Source: an archaeon
Lineage (GTDB): Archaea > Hydrothermarchaeota > Hydrothermarchaeia > JALTZZ01
Direction: 5' to 3'
NCBI GenBank assembly: GCA_027051165.1
Contig: JALTZZ010000011.1
Span: 5,556 to 69,555 of the forward strand
DNA: 64,000 nucleotides
Both the position numbers and the translations under genes were made by a program. The notes below the pieces were generated by a model, which was given only the letters and a program-made list of their open reading frames with translations, was not told the origin of the DNA and did not search any database. This document shows, piece by piece, positions 47,637 to 56,020 of the stretch; within the stretch, counting starts at the first letter, position 1; each line of letters starts with the position of its first letter.

Positions 47637-48149
47637 ATGGGAAAGAAGATCACGATCACAGGCTCTAAGATATTTGATATAGGTTATAGATACTTCTTAG
47701 TAGAGCAAGCTTTAGGCTTTGGAATAGAAAGGTTTAGAGCTGTTAATTTAAGAAAAGAAAATAAATTATTAGTTTTTGTTGAAGGAAATGAAGAAGCTTT
47801 AAACGAGTTCGTAGAATTTGCTAAAAATAATTTTCCTAAGGATGCTCAAGTAGATAACATTGAAGTTGAAGACTACAAAGGCTATGTTCCAAAAGTAGAT
47901 CAGTTTTTGCTTTTGTTTAATGTCCAACAGTCAAGAAAGTTTATAGAAATTGGTAAAGAGGTAAGAGACGAAGTTAAACAAACAAGAGAAGAGCTTGGCA
48001 AAAAGATAGAAGATGTAGGGAAGAAGGTTGATAAAGTAGCAGACAAAATAGATGAGCTAAGAACAGATCTAAAGAGCTATATGGATGAAAGATTCAGAAT
48101 AATAGAAGAGGACATAAGAAAAATAAAAGCAAAATTAGGGATGATTTAA
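47637..48149 (+). CDS. Acylphosphatase-like domain plus C-terminal coiled coil
   Basis: ITGSKIFDIGYR...AVN...VFVEG...P..AQVDNI; heptad tail KIEDVGKKVDKVADKIDELR. Confidence 0.72.
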   Translation: MGKKITITGSKIFDIGYRYFLVEQALGFGIERFRAVNLRKENKLLVFVEGNEEALNEFVEFAKNNFPKDAQVDNIEVEDYKGYVPKVDQFLLLFNVQQSRKFIEIGKEVRDEVKQTREELGKKIEDVGKKVDKVADKIDELRTDLKSYMDERFRIIEEDIRKIKAKLGMI

Positions 48150-48374
48150 ATGCAACAAAAGAAAACTAAACCAAAAAAGCAACAGAAAAGATTTTTCTCA
48201 TTTTTAGATGATCTTAAAGGGGAAGATGTAGAAGTAATAATGCATAGCGGCATGAAGTTTGAAGGCAAAATATTAGATGTAAGCGATTTTGAGCTAAAAT
48301 TTAAGCCTAAAGATAAAGAAGAAGTTTGGTATATACATAAAAGCCATATAGCAATTTTAAAGCTTAAATTTTAG
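48150..48374 (+). CDS. Hfq/Sm-like (LSm fold) protein
   Basis: FLDDLKGEDVEVIMHSGMKFEGKILDVSDFEL (Sm1); WYIHKSHI (Hfq-type Sm2). Confidence 0.75.
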   Translation: MQQKKTKPKKQQKRFFSFLDDLKGEDVEVIMHSGMKFEGKILDVSDFELKFKPKDKEEVWYIHKSHIAILKLKF

Positions 48375-48507
48375 CTATACGTCTCAAAGTTCTTAGCTCG
48401 GTAACTAATTGTAAAATCAAAGCTGAAATATTTTCAGTATTATATTCCTTTTTTAGTTCTTCAAGCTTCTTCATAGCTTCATCGTTGAGATATACACTTA
48501 CGCCCAT
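48364..48507 (-). CDS. Ribbon-helix-helix (CopG-like) regulator (47 aa, not in ORF track)
   Basis: MGVSVYLNDEAMKKLEELKKEYNTENISALILQLV; divergent from the membrane module. Confidence 0.7.
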   Translation of the reverse strand: MGVSVYLNDEAMKKLEELKKEYNTENISALILQLVTELRTLRRIAKI

Positions 48508-48548
48508 AGTCGTTTATATATACGGCAATTGTATAAAAATCTTTCGTC

Positions 48549-48598
48549 ATCTAAGATTATCTTAGAAAATCTTAGAAAGTCTAATATTATCTTTAAAT
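48549..48598. promoter_or_regulatory. 10-bp-periodic operator/iteron array
   Basis: atctaagatt atcttagaaa atcttagaaa gtctaatatt atctttaaat; perfect palindrome TCTAAGAT-T-ATCTTAGA at 48550-48566. Confidence 0.6.
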
Positions 48599-48654
48599 TC
48601 CAAAAGAAAGGTATTTATAAGGTATTTTTCAGAAATTATGTTGGAGGTGATAGC

Positions 48655-49632
48655 ATGAAATTTAAACATATTTTATTAACTTTTGTCTTGGTTTTGGTAG
48701 CGATTTCAAGCGTTTCAGCAAGCATATATGACTTTGAGAATACCAACGAAATTCAGTTGTTCGAACAGCTAATGATAGACAGCAACAACACTATCTCCAC
48801 ATTAAATACCAGCTATGCAACTATAACCGTTACTAATGGCTTAGTAATGCTCAAAAGTTTGGACAATATACACATGCCGGCAATAGCAATACCCTATCAG
48901 CAGGGGCAAGTCTATGCCGTTGAAGGTAAAAACCTAAAAATCGGAGTTATAGCGAACAATACACTACAAGGAGCAATAGACATAATTGACAGAGGATATA
49001 TATACTTTGATAGTCAAACAGCAGCAGTATTAACCGATGGAGCTTTCAGCATAAAGGTATTTTCAACAACACCAATAGAGAAAGTTGTTATATACTCAAA
49101 AGATGGTTTAATAGATAAATTAGCCATTGATACACCAAAAACAGAGCTAAGCAGCGGTAGCCATCTATATCAATGGTCAGGAACTACAAGCGTAACAAAA
49201 AGAATAACACTAACTGCTGGAGCAAGATATAAATTCTATCTGGTGCAAAGCGGAGATACTGATGCTTTTCTGTTTAAACCAAGCAATCCAAATTATGGAA
49301 GTGCATCTGAATACCAAAGCTATCATTGGCTAGTTAATAATGCAGACTTTAAGCACTACATAGGAACAAAATACTACACAGCACCAGAAAGCGGAACATA
49401 TAAGCTCGTAATTAAGATTTTATCAGGAGACAGCTGGAGCTACACTATTGATTGCATATCAGGATGTAGCAGCAATACTCCACCTCCGGATAATAATCCA
49501 CCGCCAAGCCAAGATAATCCAGCAGGAATAGTAAAGAACATGGATGATAAAAAGAAAATGCTGCTAATTGGTATCGGAGCTTTTGCAGTAACGCTATTTA
49601 TAGTGTTCTTGGCTGGAGGGAGAAGAAAATGA
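48655..49632 (+). CDS. Secreted membrane-anchored beta-rich protein (PPC-like C-terminal domain)
   Basis: GGAGGTGA RBS; signal MKFKHILL...SVSA; LTAGARYKF..SGDTDAFL...TAPESGTYKLVI; Pro linker, TM, GRRK. Confidence 0.75.
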   Translation: MKFKHILLTFVLVLVAISSVSASIYDFENTNEIQLFEQLMIDSNNTISTLNTSYATITVTNGLVMLKSLDNIHMPAIAIPYQQGQVYAVEGKNLKIGVIANNTLQGAIDIIDRGYIYFDSQTAAVLTDGAFSIKVFSTTPIEKVVIYSKDGLIDKLAIDTPKTELSSGSHLYQWSGTTSVTKRITLTAGARYKFYLVQSGDTDAFLFKPSNPNYGSASEYQSYHWLVNNADFKHYIGTKYYTAPESGTYKLVIKILSGDSWSYTIDCISGCSSNTPPPDNNPPPSQDNPAGIVKNMDDKKKMLLIGIGAFAVTLFIVFLAGGRRK

Positions 49633-50195
49633 TGCATATATTCATATTACTAATTTTATTGGCTATCCCTACTGCTGTTGCACAGGAATTACCCATACAG
49701 CAGTTTAATAATGAAATAGAAGCTTATCAACTGCAACAGGCACAGCTTGCACAGCTTGCAGCTCAATATGATCTAACCAAAGCCATAACAGTTTATAGCG
49801 GAGTATTGTTTAATGGATGGAAAAGCTATGGAACTATAGAGATCCCCAAGGATTGGAAAAAGGTCTACCTAATAATAATACCCACAGAAGCCCCAAGAGC
49901 TGATGTAAGAATATATGCAATGATTAATGGTCAGGAAGTATTAGCAAATGCTCCCTTAGGAGCAACAGTAAGCGTTGATATAACTGATGCTCTATCTTCT
50001 ACAAGAACAGCAAGCATAAATATATATGCTTCAGGATCAGTCAGAGCAAAAGTTCTCGTAGCTCCACCAAATCCAGCAGTAATGCAGGCTGAAGAGCTAA
50101 ACAGCAACATCAAAAATACAAAATATATACTAATAGGTTTAGCAGGCATAATTTTAGCAGCAATAGTTGTAACAGCAGGAAGAAAGAGGAGATAA
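49629..50195 (+). CDS. Secreted membrane-anchored protein
   Basis: Signal ...PTAVA-Q; beta domain; C-terminal TM followed by GRKRR. Confidence 0.75.
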   Translation: MMHIFILLILLAIPTAVAQELPIQQFNNEIEAYQLQQAQLAQLAAQYDLTKAITVYSGVLFNGWKSYGTIEIPKDWKKVYLIIIPTEAPRADVRIYAMINGQEVLANAPLGATVSVDITDALSSTRTASINIYASGSVRAKVLVAPPNPAVMQAEELNSNIKNTKYILIGLAGIILAAIVVTAGRKRR

Positions 50196-50197
50196 AA

Positions 50198-50350
50198 ATG
50201 ATTGCCTTAATTTTTATTTTATTATTATTTCTAATGGCAGCAGTAACGGTAGTTGTCATAGATCCAATCAAGCTTGCAATAATAATGCTGTTTTTCCTTG
50301 GAGTATTTTGGGTATATCTTGCCCATGCCCATGGAGGGCAGAAAAAATGA
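50198..50350 (+). CDS. 50-aa two-helix membrane protein (not in ORF track)
   Basis: MIALIFILLLFLMAAVTVVVIDPIKLAIIMLFFLGVFWVYLAHAHGGQKK; fills the gap exactly and overlaps the next gene by ATGA. Confidence 0.65.
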   Translation: MIALIFILLLFLMAAVTVVVIDPIKLAIIMLFFLGVFWVYLAHAHGGQKK

Positions 50351-50976
50351 AATTACTAATAATTCTACTGTTACTATTGCCAATAGTGTATGCTCAGGAT
50401 GTAGAAGAGATAGAACTTGGAAAACCACCAGAACTAAGTAGCACAGGCTACACAATAAAAAAGGGAGAATATGTTACCTGTTGGATAAAGATGCCAGATA
50501 ATCCATTAATAGGAGAAAAATATGGCGGAGCAGTAGGACTATATTCAACAAATCAGGACATCAGGATATACGCTGTTGCAAAGGGATTTATAAGACATAC
50601 ACCAAGGCTTGAAGTATATGAAAATTCTCAGCTAAAGACCCATGCAGAGTTCGAAGAAAATCAGTTTAACGAGGAATTTCAAGTGAGATTGGCATATTTA
50701 AACGATGGAACAATAAAAATAGGATACAGGTATGCAACAGTCACTGAATGGCAGATTTTGTATAGTGTTTTAGCAAAGTCTTCAATGTATTCTGTTAAAG
50801 GATTAAAAGCCTATAAATGCGAGAAAAGACAAATTGCACCACCAAGTCCACCAAGTAACGGAAACAATCCTTTTGATGACAGTGAACCTTTTGACAAATC
50901 AGATAACAAGAAATACCTACTTGCTGCAGGAGCTTTGATAATAATAGCATTAATACTGCTGGTGACAAGAAAATGA
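50347..50976 (+). CDS. Secreted membrane-anchored protein
   Basis: Signal MKLLIILLLLLPIVYA-Q; PPSPPS linker; TM followed by TRK. Confidence 0.75.
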   Translation: MKLLIILLLLLPIVYAQDVEEIELGKPPELSSTGYTIKKGEYVTCWIKMPDNPLIGEKYGGAVGLYSTNQDIRIYAVAKGFIRHTPRLEVYENSQLKTHAEFEENQFNEEFQVRLAYLNDGTIKIGYRYATVTEWQILYSVLAKSSMYSVKGLKAYKCEKRQIAPPSPPSNGNNPFDDSEPFDKSDNKKYLLAAGALIIIALILLVTRK

Positions 50977-52073
50977 ACGAAGTTTTGTTTTATATTTTAT
51001 TTAGCATTCCATTTGGCTTAACTCTATATTTAACTTTAGTAAGACACATAAAAGCTCATGTTATTGACAATAGAGACCATGCAAGATTCTTTTTATATCC
51101 ATATCCTCCAAGAAGGATGCTTATTCTTCATAAGCTCGATGGAAAATTTAGCATATACTATGATGATCAAATAAAAGAAATAAAAGGAGATGAAAAAAGT
51201 GAAGTATCATGTAAAAATCATGATGAAGTAGATCATTTTGTTTTAGATGGAAATCTAAGCGATTACAGCTTAAAAGTAAGCATGTATGATGCAAGAGGAG
51301 CAAAAGGTTATGATAGTCCTTTCAGCTTGGCATGGCGATGGATCGTAGCAGCAAGCTTTACCGTATATATAAACTACATTGCAATGATAGAAGGCTGGTT
51401 CCCAAGAAATGGCGAACCCGACATGTTTTGGGCAATGCTTGGAACTATGGCTTTTTTCCTAAGTTTAATGTGGTTCCTAACGAACATTATTAGATTTCGA
51501 GATGAAACAATAGAATACATATATCTGCTCCCTAAATCAATAAATCAGGGGTTAACAGAATACGTTCATGCTCCGGAGCCTCTTAGCAACCTAAGCCTAC
51601 CAAACTTTCTCAAAAGACTCGGTAAAGAAATTAAGGTAGAGGTTCCAAATGAGCTTAAAGAAGTATTTGAAAATCTAAAAAAGGGAAAAAAGGACGTTTT
51701 AGTATCAGCATTAAGCCTTACCAAGTTTTATGAAGCTGAAGCTTGGAGAAAAGCACTAAGCCAAAGCTTAGAGGACATGATGAAGCTAAGAAAAGCTGGA
51801 GAAACAATTGCTCTCATAAAGATGAAGGGGCTTATATATAGACCTGTAATGGTCTATGTTGTCATCTTTATATTGGGCTTAATTATTGGCTACATATTTG
51901 GTAACATATTTTCAATTGGCTTTGAAGAACCAACGGAGCATGCAAGGAACTTAACTCAAGTTCCCATCATATCACAGATACCACAGAACATAACACTACC
52001 TCAGCCTCAGCTACCGGAGCTCCCAGAGGCTCCTCTTAAACCTGCTCCTCCACCACCTCCACCAACGAGGTGA
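50973..52073 (+). CDS. Polytopic membrane protein with Pro-rich tail
   Basis: About 4 TM segments; C-terminus PQPQLPELPEAPLKPAPPPPPP. Confidence 0.72.
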   Translation: MNEVLFYILFSIPFGLTLYLTLVRHIKAHVIDNRDHARFFLYPYPPRRMLILHKLDGKFSIYYDDQIKEIKGDEKSEVSCKNHDEVDHFVLDGNLSDYSLKVSMYDARGAKGYDSPFSLAWRWIVAASFTVYINYIAMIEGWFPRNGEPDMFWAMLGTMAFFLSLMWFLTNIIRFRDETIEYIYLLPKSINQGLTEYVHAPEPLSNLSLPNFLKRLGKEIKVEVPNELKEVFENLKKGKKDVLVSALSLTKFYEAEAWRKALSQSLEDMMKLRKAGETIALIKMKGLIYRPVMVYVVIFILGLIIGYIFGNIFSIGFEEPTEHARNLTQVPIISQIPQNITLPQPQLPELPEAPLKPAPPPPPPTR

Positions 52074-52423
52074 GACCCATGATTGAGCTTATAGCAAGCA
52101 TAATTCTCATTGTTTTAATGGTTCAGGTCTTCATTATAATATATTTAAAGACAAAGAGCTTGTTTAAGGCATGGATATTTGCTTTAATAATAGGCAAAGC
52201 AATAGTTGTTGTCTTTTGGGCATTTGGTATTGAACACTCATTAGGAACTTTATACATATACAACAAAAGGAGTAATGAAGTAATATCCTTTGAGATTACT
52301 TCAAGTCATGTCATATTTTTAGCTTTTTTAAGCTCATTGATTATAAGTTTGTTTTGGTATGACATAATAAGATATGCTCCACCTTCATTGAGAAAAAGAA
52401 TAAAAGATAAGAGGGGGATATAA
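52070..52423 (+). CDS. Three-TM membrane protein
   Basis: Three hydrophobic stretches, basic tail. Confidence 0.68.
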   Translation: MRPMIELIASIILIVLMVQVFIIIYLKTKSLFKAWIFALIIGKAIVVVFWAFGIEHSLGTLYIYNKRSNEVISFEITSSHVIFLAFLSSLIISLFWYDIIRYAPPSLRKRIKDKRGI

Positions 52424-52735
52424 ATGGAGTTCTACGATGCACCAAAAATGATAGAATTCGGAATAAAGCTTGGAAAAGACAGCGTAGATAGAATTTTAGA
52501 AGTTCTCAGAAAAGGAGATCTAAAGGAGATATTAGCATACATAGATGAAGAAGCTGCAAGAGGATTATTTTTTGCTTTTGCTGATTTGGAAATTCACAAG
52601 AATATTGAGTATATTGCAAGTAGCAGCAAGAAACCTGAATATCTTGAAGTAGAGTTCCTAAGAGCATTTTCTCTAAGCGAGAAGATAATAAAATTCTCTA
52701 CACCTAAGTTTGATCTTCAGGTGGAAAGAGGATGA
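52424..52735 (+). CDS. Hypothetical protein
   Basis: Coupled between a membrane gene and the ATPase. Confidence 0.62.
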   Translation: MEFYDAPKMIEFGIKLGKDSVDRILEVLRKGDLKEILAYIDEEAARGLFFAFADLEIHKNIEYIASSSKKPEYLEVEFLRAFSLSEKIIKFSTPKFDLQVERG

Positions 52736-53601
52736 ACATACTAAACGTAATTGCTGGAGAAAAGAGAGTTGATGGAGTAGAACTTAGAACAATAACTATA
52801 ATAGGAACTATGGGAAGCGGTAAAACAACATTAGCGAGACATTTAGCTTCAAGGGGCTACAGAGAGTTAACACAAAGAGGAGTTGATGACAGCAGAATAT
52901 TAATAGTTCACTTTTATAGATCAAGCATAACCGCTATTCTCAATTATTTAACCGAAAATTTTGATTTAGAAGATATAGAATTTCTCTATCTTATAAATGA
53001 CGATGCTGCTTATATGAACATGAGCAGAAGAGCAATGAATGATATAAACATAAATGATGCAAGGCAGTATATTGTTATTAGGCATAAGCTTGCGGAGAAT
53101 AATTTTAAAGGCGTTTTGATTGCTGTTCACTTAACACAACTTTATTATTTGCTGGACAAAGTGTTAAGGGATTCTCAAGTTTTAATGTTTAAAAGCATGA
53201 GTAGGGATAATAATGAGAGGAAATATTTAGCTACACTTTTAGGTAGGCATTATTTTAGAGTTCTAAGAAAGATAAGCGATGATATAGCGTATGGGAACAA
53301 AGATAGGTATATAGAAGCATTAAGCAGAGCAGTTGCAGTTGTTGGTTCAAGAAGACTTATTTACGAGTTTAAAAAAGAAGATCCACCAAGAAATATCTAT
53401 TATGAAGTATCTCCAGAGGAAATAAATATAGAACCTAAGATTACTTTGAACACTTTAAGGGATTTTGTAAGAGGTTGTGGGATACAGGCTAAAGATACAA
53501 AAATTTACAGGCTATATAAGCTGATTAATGCTTATTTAAATGGCTTGGATGTAGATATGCTACTTCAGGAGATCCAAGAGGAGGTGGAAGCTCATGCTTA
53601 A
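52732..53601 (+). CDS. P-loop ATPase, FtsK-HerA superfamily (Zot/pI- or A32-like)
   Basis: GTMGSGKT Walker A; LINDD Walker B; IRH; HLTQ; LDKVLR. Confidence 0.78.
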   Translation: MNILNVIAGEKRVDGVELRTITIIGTMGSGKTTLARHLASRGYRELTQRGVDDSRILIVHFYRSSITAILNYLTENFDLEDIEFLYLINDDAAYMNMSRRAMNDININDARQYIVIRHKLAENNFKGVLIAVHLTQLYYLLDKVLRDSQVLMFKSMSRDNNERKYLATLLGRHYFRVLRKISDDIAYGNKDRYIEALSRAVAVVGSRRLIYEFKKEDPPRNIYYEVSPEEINIEPKITLNTLRDFVRGCGIQAKDTKIYRLYKLINAYLNGLDVDMLLQEIQEEVEAHA

Positions 53602-54349
53602 GTATGTAGTTATATGTATTATTCTCTGTTCCTTATTCCCTGTTGCAGCATCTGAACAAGAGCAGCTAATAAAAATGATGGTGGACAAAGGCTGGGACAA
53701 AGGAGTAGCAATTGTTACTGCTGATGGATACTATGGAACAGGCTGGTGGATTGATAGGAATACCATGGTAACAGCAGCACATGTAGTTGAATATAAGTAT
53801 AAGACTGTTAGAGTAATTCATGGATATTTCGAAACTACAGGAAGAGTTGTCTCAATAGACCAAAAAAGAGACATAGCAATAATAAAAACCCAAAGCATGC
53901 CTAAGGATGCCTATATTTTTGTGATTGATAAAAGAGTTGAAAAAACGGAAACCGTATATGCAATAGGCTACCCTTATGAACTTATGCAGCTTGAGAGAGA
54001 CGTTTACAGCCTAAGTGCAAATCCAAGAATAGCAAAGGGAACTATTAGCTGGATATCTCCAGATATTGGCATTGCTGAGATAACAGTTAGCGTGGATGCA
54101 GGTAACAGCGGTGGTCCGGTAGTAAATGAAAATGGTGAGGTAGTAGGCTTGGTAACTTTTGCTTTAAAAGGTAGGGCTGCTACCCTTTATTTTATAACAT
54201 TAAGCAAGGAGCTTGAGGGAAATGTTAACTATAGAGTAGGATTAGGATTGTCTCATGAACAAAGAGAAATGCTTAAATCTATCGCATTAGGGATATTTAT
54301 CTCTGTATTCACTACATTCTTAGTGCTTTATGGGTTCAGAAAGAGGTAA
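53594..54349 (+). CDS. Membrane-anchored trypsin-like (S1) serine protease
   Basis: Signal peptide; GTGW, TAAHV (His), RDIAII (Asp), GNSGGP (Ser); C-terminal TM followed by RKR. Confidence 0.88.
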   Translation: MLKYVVICIILCSLFPVAASEQEQLIKMMVDKGWDKGVAIVTADGYYGTGWWIDRNTMVTAAHVVEYKYKTVRVIHGYFETTGRVVSIDQKRDIAIIKTQSMPKDAYIFVIDKRVEKTETVYAIGYPYELMQLERDVYSLSANPRIAKGTISWISPDIGIAEITVSVDAGNSGGPVVNENGEVVGLVTFALKGRAATLYFITLSKELEGNVNYRVGLGLSHEQREMLKSIALGIFISVFTTFLVLYGFRKR

Positions 54350-54661
54350 TTTTTCAATTAAAAAATTATAAAGGACCTTAGCATTCTCTCTGGAGCTTTT
54401 AATAGTCCACTTTATACTACCCAAAATTTCTACAACACCTTTCTTCCTAACTATGCCTACTTCCTTAAATTTTATACCGTCTATCTGTCTTAAGTTCATA
54501 CTCAGCATGTTATCCTTTTTTAAAATCAATCCAGAACGTTTATAGCAAATAAGCCTTTTATTTGTAATAACTAATTCACTATATTTTTCATCATTTACCA
54601 CAAACTTCTTTAAATCAAACTTATATTGAATCTCCTCATTAGGCAATAAAAAATCTTGCAA
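54320..54661 (-). CDS. Bacterial-type PH-domain protein
   Basis: LLPNEEI...LVITNKRLI...IDGIKF...GVVEI pattern. Confidence 0.65.
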   Translation of the reverse strand: MQDFLLPNEEIQYKFDLKKFVVNDEKYSELVITNKRLICYKRSGLILKKDNMLSMNLRQIDGIKFKEVGIVRKKGVVEILGSIKWTIKSSRENAKVLYNFLIEKLPLSEPIKH

Positions 54662-54816
54662 ACCTATAGTAAGATCACCATTAACCTTTATATATCAGTT
54701 ATGACAATATATAACACAAAAATGGGAACGGAGGTGGAAGACAACATGGAAACACCAACAACCACCTGTAAGGATAAGTATGTACTTTTCTTATATATAA
54801 AAGTTACGGTCGTTTA

Positions 54817-54902
54817 TGCGGGGGGAGGGATTTGAACCCTCGCAGGCTCTACGCCAACGGATCCTGAGCCCGTCCCCTTTGACCAGACTCGGGCACCCCC
54901 GC
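54817..54902 (-). tRNA. tRNA-Leu(CAG)
   Basis: GCGGGGGTGCCCGAGTCTGGTCAAAGGGGACGGG-CTCAGGA-TCCGTTGGCGTAGAGCCTGCGAGGGTTCAAATCCCTCCCCCCGCA; long variable arm. Confidence 0.95.
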
Positions 54903-55769
54903 ATATTCAAGCAGAGCTTTACCAAATCCATAGCCGAAGTATGTGCTCGTTATTCCAAGTATCTCCTGAAGGAAAGTTTTTTCACGATAATATACAATCT
55001 CAGGTTTTTTTGTTATATTTGCAAGCTTTTTCGCAATCTCTATGGCATCCTCCTTGGTTCCGACCTCATCCACAAGTCCCACTTCCTTTGCCTGAAGTCC
55101 AGTATACAACCTACCTTCGGCAATCTTTCTTACATAGTCTTTGCTCAAGTTTCTGTTATCAGCCACCTCCTCGATAAACATATCGTATATTTGATAGCTT
55201 ATATTTTCGAGCATCTCTATTTCCTCCTGCGTTAGCGGTCTGTATCCGCTTCCCATGTCCTTATATTTCCCAGCCTTAATTACGGTTACATTTATTCCAA
55301 GCTTCTTTAAAAGTCCAGAATAATCGGTAAATATTGATATAACCCCTATACTACCGGTTAAGCTCCCCTTACTTGCAACTATATAGTCACATGCGCTTGC
55401 AATATAGTATGCACCGCTTGTGCCTATCTCGCCAATCCAAGCAACAACTGGCTTGTTTGACTTCTTTATAATGTTTGCTATCTCATCACTCGCCACCACG
55501 CTACCGCCGGGACTGTTTATTTCTATCAGTATTGCCTTAACACTGTTATCGGATAACGCCCTCTCAAAGAACCTTTTAAACTTCTCAGGTGTAGTTGCAC
55601 TCGTGCTAAAGAACCCCTCTTGTTCGTCGAGGGATATAACCCCTTTAACCTCTATTATTGCTATTTTTTCTCCACCAACCTTTTCCCTTGGAGAAATCAT
55701 ATATACAAATACTATTGAAATTATAAGAAGGCTGAATATCATGAGTAGAAATAAAAATATTAAACGCAT
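54849..55769 (-). CDS. sppA: Signal peptide peptidase SppA (S49)
   Basis: INSPGG, SGAYYIAS, TGSIGV, GKYKD; N-terminal TM; 3' end runs into the tRNA-Leu gene. Confidence 0.92.
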   Translation of the reverse strand: MRLIFLFLLMIFSLLIISIVFVYMISPREKVGGEKIAIIEVKGVISLDEQEGFFSTSATTPEKFKRFFERALSDNSVKAILIEINSPGGSVVASDEIANIIKKSNKPVVAWIGEIGTSGAYYIASACDYIVASKGSLTGSIGVISIFTDYSGLLKKLGINVTVIKAGKYKDMGSGYRPLTQEEIEMLENISYQIYDMFIEEVADNRNLSKDYVRKIAEGRLYTGLQAKEVGLVDEVGTKEDAIEIAKKLANITKKPEIVYYREKTFLQEILGITSTYFGYGFGKALLEYAGVPESGQRGRAQDPLA

Positions 55770-55826
55770 GTTAACACCACCATTAGGAGATACCATATTA
55801 ACATAGTAAAAGCTGGAGGTGATTGG

Positions 55827-56018
55827 TTGGGAAGAATAAAGACAACGCTTATAAAGAGGGTAGCAAGAGAACTTGTTGAAAGGTATAGGCACATGCTTAC
55901 AACAGATTTCGAAAAAAATAAGGAAATTTTAAAGGAAATTTTAGTAACACACGACAAAACAATGAGAAATAAAATAGCCGGATACGTTACGAGACTCATG
56001 AAGAGGCAAAGCTCATAG
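55827..56018 (+). CDS. rps17e: 30S ribosomal protein S17e
   Basis: MGRIKTTLIKR...TDFEKNK...RNKIAGYVTR. Confidence 0.95.
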   Translation: MGRIKTTLIKRVARELVERYRHMLTTDFEKNKEILKEILVTHDKTMRNKIAGYVTRLMKRQSS

Positions 56019-56020
56019 AT

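Larger units (their letters stand above)
43966..54816. mobile_element. Integrated rolling-circle virus/plasmid-like element next to tRNA-Leu
   Basis: HUH Rep, RHH, Hfq-like, membrane module, Zot/A32-like ATPase. Genes are co-oriented with overlapping stop/start codons, between a housekeeping gene and a tRNA 3' end. Boundaries approximate. Confidence 0.8.

Noticed and set aside
48529-48654. N-terminal extension of the 367-aa ORF
   Set aside because: RBS and signal peptide indicate a start at 48655; the extension covers the operator array
50308-50346. N-terminal extension of the 222-aa ORF
   Set aside because: Signal peptide begins at ATG 50347, overlapping the stop of the 50-aa gene
43966-54816. 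Canonical conjugative element or casposon
   Set aside because: No full-length VirB4/VirD4, Cas1, family B polymerase or terminal inverted repeats recognisable
54816-55235. 139-aa ORF MRGEGFEPS...
   Set aside because: Antisense translation of tRNA-Leu and sppA; no tyrosine-recombinase motifs
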